This document shows positions 26,617 through 36,321 of a stretch of DNA of 64,000 bases, piece after piece. Position 1 is the stretch's first letter, and every line of letters starts with the position of its first letter. Source of the stretch: Botryllus schlosseri (lineage: Eukaryota); the NCBI GenBank assembly GCA_051294905.1, contig CM119376.1:4898001-4962000 (forward strand), written 5' to 3'. The position numbers were made by a program, and so were the translations under genes. The notes beneath the pieces are model-generated. The model ran no database searches. It worked only from the letters and a program-made list of their open reading frames with translations, and was not told the origin of the DNA.

Positions 26617-29600
26617 TCACAGCATACTCAGTGGATCGTCCATTACTGCGGAAGGCTCCGATTTAGGTTCTTTAGCTGTGGTCGACTTCTTGCCAGATTT
26701 CGAAGGCGCCTTCTTTTTCTTCGACGAACTTGTGGCGAAGATGTCGTCCATGCCGTCGTCATCGTCAAAAATCGAAGCCCCCGCTTTTGGCTTTTTGTCG
26801 GCTTTCTTCGATTTCTTTTTACTCGGAGCTGCGCTCGCGAAAATATCATCGCCGAAAATATCGTCGTCAGCCTGCGGCTTAGTTTTCAATGGCTTTTTGG
26901 AATCCTTTGTCAAAGGCGCCTCGCCGAATATGTCAAGATCATCTGGAGACTTTGTAATCGACTTTGAGTTCGATTTTAAAGTGCTGCCTCCCCCCAAAAT
27001 ATCATCATCATCATCTTCCAGGAAATTGCTTTTGCTCGAAGACCGTTCCTTGTCGGTAGCCGGCACTGAAGTAACGTCATCTCCAAATAAATCATCGTCT
27101 GAAACAACGTTCGCAGCTGCTTTCTTTCTGTCATTTTTCTTCGGCACACTACCGATGGAGAGATCTCCGAAAATGTCATCATCCTCATCGATTGCGACTT
27201 TTGCCACTGTTTCAGTCTTTGTTTTTTTCTTCGAATCAAACCCAGACAGGAAATCATCATCGTCACCGAAAATATCATCGTCAAACAACTTTGGCGCTTT
27301 TGATTTGCTTTCATTCTTCGGTGTTTTAGCAAAAAGAGATGACCCAGAGAAGAGTTCGTCATCCAGATCTTCAGAATCGAGCAGACTTTTAGGCTTTTTG
27401 GTGAGTGACCCATCATCAAACAAATTGTCCACAAAGTCAGTATCTTTATTATTTGCAGACACCGGATCAGCTGGTTTTGACACATCCCCAGAATCAAACT
27501 TTGACGAGCCGTCTGCATCGGGAGTCTCATTCACGGGTGACGTTTCACCCACGGGACTTGGTTTAGAAGCAGGTCGGCCCTTCGAATGTCTCGTGGGCGG
27601 CCTCCGATTCCTCTGTCCCCTAGCCCTGGTCTTGTTGACGCTCTCCAGCGTGTTAACAGTGGGCGGTTTGTCGAAAGATATCTCAGTTTTCGTGACGGGT
27701 TTCGGCTTTGGCGCCGCGCCCGGTAACAGAGACGCGGGGTTTATCGATAATGCGTTACGGATATTACTGACAGACGAGCTCTGCGGAGATTTAACCCGAG
27801 GCTTGAACGGCTTCGCAGTCGTGTTCAGAGGCAGTTTCTGCAACGATTTGGGAGAATTTACAGACGCGACTTCCGGTGTTCTATCCGATTCTTCTTTCTT
27901 TTTTTTTTCCTCCGAAACATCACCTGATTTTTTGTCGCCCGAAGACTTCTGCGGCAGTTTAGGCAACAATTTCCGAGTATTCACAGGCGCCACATCTGAT
28001 TTTTTATCAGATTCCTCTTCATTCGCTGTTTTGTCCTCGGAAATATCGCTTAGTTTCTTGTCGGCCGATTTTTCCACGTCCGAAAAATCACTGTTGGAAG
28101 ACTTGGTGCTCGCGTCAGAAACGCCACGCCGTTTAAGTATAGCGGCGGACAGTTCTCCACCGGGGAAACCGCCCGCAAACATAGACACAGCCCCTGCCGG
28201 TTTTTTCCTAGCGGGAGGTGGGGTGTCCTGCTTTTCCTCTTGGTCTTCATCTGACGAGTCAAATAAATCATTGGATTTTTTCGCCTCTACCGATTTCGCA
28301 GACGTTGTCTTATCTTCATGATCAGATTCGTCAAAAAGAGCATCTGGTTTTGTGGTTACTTTTGCAGGAACACTTGCATCTTTCTTTGCGGATGTACCTG
28401 TACTTGAAAACAGATCATCTCCGCTGTCACTATCGAGAAAGCTCTTTGTTTTGGCGCTCGATTTCGGGGTCGACTTTACATCCGCGAAAAAATCATCGTC
28501 AGAGTCACTGTCGAAAAGGTCTTTCGCTTTTTTACCAGTGTCGGGTTGTTTTGATTTTGCGACTGGAGGCTTTCTTGAAAACATTCCCTCATCTGACGAT
28601 TCAGAGTCGAATATCGCTGGTTTCTTGGTCGAGCTTTTCTTTGGAGAATCTGTCTGTAGAGACTGTTTGGGGGTTGTTTTCTTCGCTGGCTTGCTGGGAG
28701 CGTCACCAAACAGCATACCATTATCATCATCACTAGAATCCCCGAATAAATCAGATACGGGTTTTCGTTCGGGCGTTTTTTTCTTGCCGGGAGGCAACTT
28801 GTCCTTTCCGAACTTCGATTTCTCTGCAGGTTTTTTAGAAAATTGATCATCCTCGTCGCTGTCAGCACTGAATAAACCAGAGACGGGTTTGCGTTCGGAC
28901 GTTTTTTTCTTCGCAGGCGGCGACTTGTCTTTCTTGGCCTCTAATTTCGGAGCCGGTTTCTCGGAAAATAGATCATCCTCGTCGCTGTCTGCAAATAGGT
29001 CGCCAGTCTTCTTAAACGGGGACTTTTCGGACACTTGAGAGTCGCTGTCAGAAGAGGTGCTGTCCTTTCTCGTCTTTTTGAGAAGTTCCTTGTTAAGAGC
29101 ACCGCCGAATAACGCGATTCCACCCATCGGTTTTGAAGACTTTTCCTCCTTGACTGGATGTTCGGTGGGTACGTTATCTTCCTCTTCGGAGGACAGTTTT
29201 TGACTCTCGTCGTCTCGACTGTCTACAGAATTTTGGGGAGAATCCTCATCGCTGACATCGGCGCCATCGAATAATCCCCCTTTTTTGGATTTCTTGTCAA
29301 ACAGGTTAGGCGCGTTGCCAAACAATCCTCCTGAATCTTCAAAAAGATCATTATCATCATCAGAATCGAAAAGATCTTCGTTTTTTGGCACGATTTTAGC
29401 CTTTTCCGCACGTTTCGATAGACTCTTTGATTTAGGTTTAGACGCGGCTTTATGCACAGGAAATTTTTCCTTTTCGTCCGAATCACTTTCGACAAATAAG
29501 TCCGCATCATCGCTAACTGAAGACGATGAAAACTTGGTCGCTGCCGGTTCATGATCTTCATCTTCCGAGAAATCAGAGTCGGAAACATCGGACACGTCAG

Positions 29601-30351
29601 ATTCAGATTCGGAAATAGAATCTTTGCGATACGACAATTTTTCAACGTCATCATCTGATTCACTGATACTGCCTTGATCATCTTGCGCCATTTCATCGTC
29701 ACTGGGCAAATCCCGAATTCCAACATCATCCGACTCCAGAAAACCTCTACTTCCGATCAAATGTGGAAGCGGTCTTGCAACGTAAGGATCTTTCGGTTCG
29801 TATATTACTTGCTCAGGGACGCCGTTACCCTGTTCTTCATCGGAATCGAGGTCCGAGTCTATATCCGAGTTGGCTGCGTCTGGATCTAGTATATCAAACG
29901 AGTCTTCCAACACTTTAAGGCCAATTTGAATAGCCGTTTTTAATTTTGGAAATGGATCTATATCACCTTCGGTACTTTCGTTTTCGTTTTTAACACCATC
30001 TGCACTGGCATCAGCTGAGATATCCTCGTCGTAGACGCGATTCTCGATAAACTGGGAATCGCTCAGGGTCATGAATTTTCCTGTTACATTCCGGACTTTC
30101 ACGTCGGCCATGTTAGTGTCGTGCATCAGGTCGTTGATCTGTTTGGTGGACTCCTGCGCCTTACGCATGAAGTCGATCGAAAACGCTTCGAGGTATTTCA
30201 GAAGGCCGGCGTCGGCGGCTAAATTCCATTTGGGCGCGTGCTCCCGAATTTCGCTCAATTCCCAGGGCCGCGTCCATGGTTTTTCATGTGCGGATGTAGA
30301 TGTTTTCACGCTGGAATCACCAGCAGTTGTCACTTCTCCGTCCTGCTGCAT
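26617..30351 (-). CDS. WASHC2: WASH complex subunit 2 (FAM21), single coding exon, ~1244 aa
   Basis: Uninterrupted 3.7-kb ORF; first ATG at 30351 (the ORF track starts at an upstream GTG). N-terminal WTRPWELSEIREHAPKWNLAADAGLLKYLEAFS and FMTLSDSQFIENRVYDED match the FAM21 head. About 20 LFa-type motifs (LFDSDDD, LFADSDEDD, DDIFGD), a capping-protein-interaction motif TLESVNKTRARGQRNRRPPTR (~27583-27650) and C-terminal DDPLSML. Confidence 0.93.
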   Translation of the reverse strand: MQQDGEVTTAGDSSVKTSTSAHEKPWTRPWELSEIREHAPKWNLAADAGLLKYLEAFSIDFMRKAQESTKQINDLMHDTNMADVKVRNVTGKFMTLSDSQFIENRVYDEDISADASADGVKNENESTEGDIDPFPKLKTAIQIGLKVLEDSFDILDPDAANSDIDSDLDSDEEQGNGVPEQVIYEPKDPYVARPLPHLIGSRGFLESDDVGIRDLPSDDEMAQDDQGSISESDDDVEKLSYRKDSISESESDVSDVSDSDFSEDEDHEPAATKFSSSSVSDDADLFVESDSDEKEKFPVHKAASKPKSKSLSKRAEKAKIVPKNEDLFDSDDDNDLFEDSGGLFGNAPNLFDKKSKKGGLFDGADVSDEDSPQNSVDSRDDESQKLSSEEEDNVPTEHPVKEEKSSKPMGGIALFGGALNKELLKKTRKDSTSSDSDSQVSEKSPFKKTGDLFADSDEDDLFSEKPAPKLEAKKDKSPPAKKKTSERKPVSGLFSADSDEDDQFSKKPAEKSKFGKDKLPPGKKKTPERKPVSDLFGDSSDDDNGMLFGDAPSKPAKKTTPKQSLQTDSPKKSSTKKPAIFDSESSDEGMFSRKPPVAKSKQPDTGKKAKDLFDSDSDDDFFADVKSTPKSSAKTKSFLDSDSGDDLFSSTGTSAKKDASVPAKVTTKPDALFDESDHEDKTTSAKSVEAKKSNDLFDSSDEDQEEKQDTPPPARKKPAGAVSMFAGGFPGGELSAAILKRRGVSDASTKSSNSDFSDVEKSADKKLSDISEDKTANEEESDKKSDVAPVNTRKLLPKLPQKSSGDKKSGDVSEEKKKKEESDRTPEVASVNSPKSLQKLPLNTTAKPFKPRVKSPQSSSVSNIRNALSINPASLLPGAAPKPKPVTKTEISFDKPPTVNTLESVNKTRARGQRNRRPPTRHSKGRPASKPSPVGETSPVNETPDADGSSKFDSGDVSKPADPVSANNKDTDFVDNLFDDGSLTKKPKSLLDSEDLDDELFSGSSLFAKTPKNESKSKAPKLFDDDIFGDDDDFLSGFDSKKKTKTETVAKVAIDEDDDIFGDLSIGSVPKKNDRKKAAANVVSDDDLFGDDVTSVPATDKERSSSKSNFLEDDDDDILGGGSTLKSNSKSITKSPDDLDIFGEAPLTKDSKKPLKTKPQADDDIFGDDIFASAAPSKKKSKKADKKPKAGASIFDDDDGMDDIFATSSSKKKKAPSKSGKKSTTAKEPKSEPSAVMDDPLSML

Positions 30352-30749
30352 GTCGAAGCTCACCTCAATGCATACGCAAAATCAAGTTACAACATAGAGG
30401 GTAAAGAGTACAACAACGATATGAAACAACACTGAAGTGGTCCTGGCGGAATTCTAGTGGAATCTTCGCTTTAACGTGAAACACCACGAATGATCATGTA
30501 AATCACTATTTCTGGGATTAACCCCGAGCGTATCGTGTAATCAGGAAATATCGACTACGGTTGAATTTTTTCTTTATTCGGGTCTAATTTGGAAAAAAAT
30601 CAGGATTTCGAGGCATAATTTAATGCAAAATCGTCATTAGCTCATTGCTATCTGAAATAAATCGAGGAATAATAGTCGACATGATTCGTAACATATTCTT
30701 CGCTATAGCGAAATTATTGAATGCAACCAGAAGCGTCGACTATAATATA

Positions 30750-31217
30750 TCGTACTTTCAACGTTGTATTTGAGAGTCGAGCGGACTTGCTAATAATACA
30801 ACCAATATACCACGGCAAAGTAATTAAATAGTTCTACAATATAAAAGCAATTTCAGAGTATAGCGGGTCTTAGTTTATTCAAAATAAGAGCGCAAAGTTG
30901 GTCTATAACGACGCATTTCAGGCATACGAATATACCAATTGACACGAAAATACGATACTTTCAGCGTTATATTTGAGAGTCGAGCGGACTTGTTAATGTT
31001 ACGACTAATATACCACGGCAAAGTGCTTAAATAGTTCTACAATATAAAAGTAATTTCAGAGTATAGCGGGTCTTAGTTTATTCAAAATAAGAGCGCAAAA
31101 TAGGTCCGTAACGTCGCATTTGAGGCATACGAATATACCAATTGACACGAAAATATGATACTTTCAGCGTTATATTTGGGAGTCGAGCGGACTTGCTAAT
31201 ATTACAACTCATATACC
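30750..31217 (+). repeat. 203-bp tandem repeat (~2.3 copies) upstream of WASHC2
   Basis: gagagtcgagcggacttg recurs at 30772, 30975 and 31178 (period 203). The third unit is truncated by the MITE starting at 31218. Confidence 0.9.
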
Positions 31218-31835
31218 CAGAGGTGGTCAGTAACGAAGTACTTCTACTTTTTGGAAGTACTCAAGTAGTTTTCCTCTACTTCTGGTACTTACTCAGGTAG
31301 ATCTGATTTTCTCTACTTCTACTTCTACTTCGTAATATCTTGTGATATACTTACCTACTTTTCGCTATATTTAGTTTGTCAAGTAGAAGTAGTTTAATCC
31401 CCCAATACGAAAGATAGTTTGATGAATTTCGGGGCTGTTTTCACGGAGTACCAACATTTATTATCAATAAAATTCAAGTGAAGCCCACATATTTTGTTGC
31501 GCTTCGCGCCCTATAGTTATGGAGTGACAAAGATGTTTTCAAGAAAGTATCAGTCAATATAATTTAGGTACCGGATTGCTTGGTTCCGCTCACATCATAT
31601 TGTCGCTCATATCAAATATTTCATCACTGTAAATATGGCCAGCCATAACGTTTGAAACTACCGCTTCGCAATCTAGGAATTACGTATTATCATATCGTAA
31701 TCTAGCAGCCCCTGAAAGTGTCCTGCTAATCTGGAAAATCCGGCTTTATTTATAACGATACCCCTGTTTTAGCAGATCAACTTTGAAGCTTCATCGACAA
31801 AAGACATGTCATATATTTTCCGCTTTTTAGCAGTG
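31218..31835 (+). mobile_element. MITE family with CAGAGGTGGTCAGTAACGAAGTAC terminus (copy 2)
   Basis: Reverse-complement similarity to 4930-5533. Confidence 0.7.
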
Positions 31836-32734
31836 GTATCTGTATTTCACTTTCAATTCCGAGTATCATACTTTGAGTTCTATAATTACTTTCACTTCTT
31901 TTGTCTGCAGAACATAAATGTTGAAGCATAAAAGCAAGTGTAGTAATGCCTCTATTATCCGAAAATAAAGCTACAGTAAATATAAATTTTACGATCCACA
32001 ATATCTGTTATTAACGAATACCTACAAATCGCGCAAAGTGTTGAAGCCGTATCCGATACAACTTCTCCGCATTGCTCGTCGTCTAAACTTGGGGCCTTAT
32101 AATATGGGGGAGGGCGCCATGCCACGATGTTCTCTTAAACGGGGTCTTCTAGTATACAACGGGTTGGTATAGCATTTTCATATCAGAAGAGCGTTCTGAA
32201 TTCAAGAGCGTTCTGCAAATGTATTTCAGACAACGAACACATCATTGGAAAAGGCCTTCAAAGTGCATATGCCTCAATTCCAATGTTGGTCAAGTTTCAC
32301 GCTGAATTCAAGAGCGTTCCGAGCCTGCATTTCGGACAATGAGCACCACTCTCTATTATTAGAGTAGTTTTTAAATTCGAATGTAAACTTTGCGTATTAT
32401 TCCGCTTTTGCCCAGTGCATGCTGCGTGTTTATTGATGACTCGTGTTTCAAGTGTTTATGTTTGTCGACTATCCCTTTGATTTGATATGTATGTAGTTTC
32501 CCGCTGATAGCATCATTTTCTTCGCTTGCTGTGTATACACGATCGGTGGTCATCCACCAGCAGTATTTCCCTAATTATACGCACTCCTGTATAATTTTGA
32601 GATTTTTCCATAATTGGCCTCGAATCTGATAAAATCTTACCCCTTTTGGCCAAATTCTTTCCGACTACTCACTATGCAGCTCATATTCGCTGAATAAAAT
32701 CGGTGTAACAGTGAGCGCGATTGCAAAGTATTAA

Positions 32735-33694
32735 GGCTGCTGCACACTGGCTTTGCGACACGACTAAAACAGGTAATTCCCCGATCGTGTCGCGCTCACG
32801 GTCGCGGTAGTTGCGTTCTGCTGCACACTGGGACACCGAGTTGTACACTCGTAACGTAGGCCTATCTGTTCTGTACCAGCTTAATGATTTCGTAACAGTA
32901 TAGGTTCTTGGTTATTACTTTTGAAGAACACATCAAGATACTTCCTACACATATGTGTTTTCTATGTGTACTGACAGCATTTTGCTGATGCTCCGAATTT
33001 TGATAAGGAATACACCATAATGCCACTAAGATCTCAAATTTGACAACTCAGTTTATTATTTCAAGTCAAGACGCAGATGCCCAATATACAGTACCCAAGA
33101 TACAAAGAATATAAACAAGAAGGTGTCTAATCGTGGATACGCCCCAACATACTCCATCAATCAGATATCTTTATAATACATGGGCCTACTCTTCTTGGCC
33201 TACCGGTACTTTCGTAATGTCAAGTATGTCAGTGGTATTGGCGGGATGGCGGTCATGTTCTCTGTTATTCATCTTGTATTGTGAACATATCGTAATTTAA
33301 TTATCAAATATATCTTCATTTCGTTCATCCATCTTCAAGTTATCAACTTGAGGTTGAATCATTCTTTTTCTGGGCTTGTTGGATATCATACAGCGCCCTG
33401 AGTCAATCCCAAGATAAATTACGCATCTGGTACACGAGTATCTTAAATTAGGAAGTTGAACGATTAGAAAAGATTGCAACAGCACCGTCGAAATAAGAGT
33501 GCGTGTTTATTTTCTACGGCGGCTGAGCCCGCAACTCGCGACAAAGTTGGATTTTTTCAACTTTGTCGGCGAGTTGCGTAGCCCGCTCGCCGACGCTTTG
33601 TTGCGTAATCTGGCGACGCGGTGTGCATGGTTTTGTCACAGACAGGCGCGATTCTCTCGTTTTGTCGTGTCGCGAGAGCCAGTGTGCAGCAGCC
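32735..33694. mobile_element. Non-autonomous DNA transposon with TTAA flanks (Kolobok- or Harbinger-like)
   Basis: Perfect TIR ggctgctgcacactggct / agccagtgtgcagcagcc with TTAA on both sides. GG..CC termini with TTAA fit Kolobok; the TIR also resembles Harbinger MITEs. Confidence 0.8.
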
Positions 33695-34121
33695 TTAAGT
33701 CGCATTTTGTATGTTAGCGTGAGATTGCACATCTAGCACAGTATCAGTCGCATGAGTTGAATCTATTGAAACTTTTATTGGATCAGTGATTTGTGTTTTT
33801 TTCAAGTTGTATAATTATGCCGTAATTGTGTAAATACTTTCGAAAAAACATGTAGAATGTATCTCCTGTTCTCGAGAAATTTCTGTGACCGTCATAAAGT
33901 TACATTTTCAAGTTGGAAATCGCCAGTGTGACGTCATGTCCAGAATAAAGTCGCGTGCAACCCTTGCCCCACCCCTCGATATTGTCACGAGCCACTGTAT
34001 GGTTTATAATTTTTAGATCATAATTTACGACGATCAAGAAGTCGTGGAAGGTATAGTATTGCAGGTAGTCCGATTTTACTTGTCAGTTGTCAGATAGCGC
34101 AGCAATCCGAAAGGTGTAATT

Positions 34122-34710
34122 ATAGAAATTAAACATGGAACGGCAACGACCGATTTTGCAGCTTCGATCCGCTTCGCCGAGGCTGGAGTGGAGAATTGTT
34201 TTGCTTCAGCGACTGTAGGATTTCTGGCAACCCAAAAGCTATCTTTCCGAGCGCAGAAATTACTGAATCTGGTCTTGATCGAAAGCTACTGTTGCACCGA
34301 TTCCGAAAATATAAATTAAAATATTGATCAGGCACTGATCCACCTAGAATCTGTCCTCCAAGTCTGAAATATCGGCATTGTTCAGAACAATCGGGTAGCC
34401 GCAACACATTGGCCACAACAATGACCCGTTGCGACTCTCCGATTGTTCGAACAATGCCGATATTTCAGACTTGGAGGACGGATTCTAGGTGGATCAGTGC
34501 CTGATCATTATTTTAATTTATATTTTCGGAATCGGTGCAACAGTAGCTTTCGATCAAGACCAGATTCAATAATTTCTGCGCTCGGGAAGATAGCTTTTGG
34601 GTTGCCAGAACTCCTACAGTCGCTTAAGCAAAACAATTCTCCACTCCAGCCTCGGCGAAGCGGAACGAAGCTGCAAAATCGATCGTTGCCGTTACATGTT
34701 TAATTTCTAT
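34122..34710. mobile_element. Foldback element (~270-bp inverted arms, ~45-bp spacer)
   Basis: ORFs 34129(-) and 34443(+) are mirror images. Flanks ggtgtaatt / agtgtaatt give a 9-bp TSD with one mismatch. Confidence 0.88.
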
Positions 34711-35089
34711 AGTGTAATTGTATGTGTTAAATATGGGAAGACTATATATAATGGTCGCTCAGGCAAATACAGTGGCAAGCCGCCGTCGCCTTATTTACAC
34801 CGTGCAGCCAAGCTCACAGCACACAGAGAGTCACTAAATATTCAAAAATGAAAAACTGGATATTTCGAGCAACCTTTTGTAACAAACCAACTAATATGTT
34901 TGAGATTGTCAAGGTGCATGTTCGTTTAGTGTTGATTTTATTATGCTGCCATCGTCATGCATAGAGTGGCCCGCAGTTGAAATGCAATAAATTTCAACCA
35001 AAGATGTTATAATGAAGTGAAAATTGTAATATATCAAACCCTCCCAGTAGAGGTTTCGTTGTTTTGACATATTTCAGGTGACTCTAATT

Positions 35090-36273
35090 CAGGGGTCGCC
35101 AACTCAAAATAGGTCGCGGGCCACTTTTCCAAATTCCTGGAGGCCGCGGGCCGCATGACATCAATTTCGATATAAAAGTAGGCAACGCAGTTCAACAACC
35201 ACGTCTGATAACTCTACGTTATTACAACGCTGTGCTTTCTAACATAGGCGACGGTTATAGTCACCACAAAAGAACTAATATTTTATTGAACAAACACATA
35301 TACAAGAAAAAGTATCATGATCATCAATGTCATTATATTTTGGACTATGAGCTGTACACGATACCTGACAATGACAACACTCTTTAGCCGCTAAAACAGG
35401 GGTGGCCAACATTTTTGTAATTCACGGCCGCATTTCGGGTACTCATGTAGCCTGCGGCCGCATACCGGTGGTTAGTCGTGATAAACTAGCTTGGGCCAAA
35501 TACCCACGTTATCATGTCCATGTCCATTGCCGGTACACTCCGAACTAATCTATATGTACATATCGGCTTACTATGCGCACCAAATCGTTAGTAGTTATGT
35601 TGTAAAGAGCCACAGAGAACCAATCCGTATTCGCGCGAAGCGCGAAAAATTTTCCATGTTCATGAGGGAATTTCGTCAATAAATATTAGTATAGTTTCAC
35701 ATATTACTATACAATATTTATCCTTTCTCGGCCAATGTGATCAGATTCCCAGATACAGCTGATGCAGGGGGTATCTGCGAAAACTTAGGGTTGTTATTAC
35801 AAGTGTCGACAGCCGCATAATTTTCCTTCCACTGCTGCAGATTGGCCCCCCATGGATTGAAGAATCAATATTGGGGTTAGCTATACACGGTAGGCCTACT
35901 TGCTAGACAACTATCTCCTCGTAAAGCATGGTCTTTTGGAGCGCCCGAAGTCGTTTTGCAGGCGTCTCGGTCTTGGCAGTGGTGGGCCATTGCACGTCAA
36001 GGCAATATGCCCATTCGTACCAGCAAATTCTTCATCCATGGAATGATATTACCATGCCGAAACCGTATCAACTAGTGAGTAATAGTGATAGTGGGCACAT
36101 AGAATGGCTCACTTTGAAAAACAACAACATTATGTTTCAACTGAAATCAATTTTAGCGTTTCAACATGATTTACTAAGCGTTTTTCTGAATTTTTTTCAA
36201 ATCAGGTCGCGGGCCGCAAAATAGGACCTCGCGGGCCACATGCGGCCCGCGGGCCGCGTGTTGGAGACCCCTG
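35090..36273. mobile_element. hAT MITE directly upstream of the transposase ATG
   Basis: TIRs caggggtcgccaac / gttggagacccctg; TSD ctctaatt / ctgtaatt (7/8); gcgggccgc subterminal motifs. A second caggggtggccaac end is nested at 35397. Confidence 0.8.
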
Positions 36274-36321
36274 CTGTAATTAAATGAGTATTATGCCCTA
36301 TAATACTAATATATATTCAAC

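Noticed and set aside
25132-26617. WASHC2-FKBP2 as a trans-spliced operon
   Set aside because: Same strand and only 1.5 kb apart, but the gap contains a 600-bp MITE and no evidence for polycistronic processing is visible in DNA alone.
26678-28321. 547-aa plus-strand ORF and other ORFs overlapping WASHC2
   Set aside because: Antisense shadow of the Asp/Ser/Lys-rich WASHC2 frame (poly-Ser/Phe composition), with no independent motifs.
30750-31217. CRISPR-like array
   Set aside because: Whole 203-bp units are repeated with no unique spacers, there are no cas genes, and the context is eukaryotic.
34129-34703. Twin ORFs of 95 and 86 aa on opposite strands
   Set aside because: Mirror translations of the foldback arms, with no recognisable domain.
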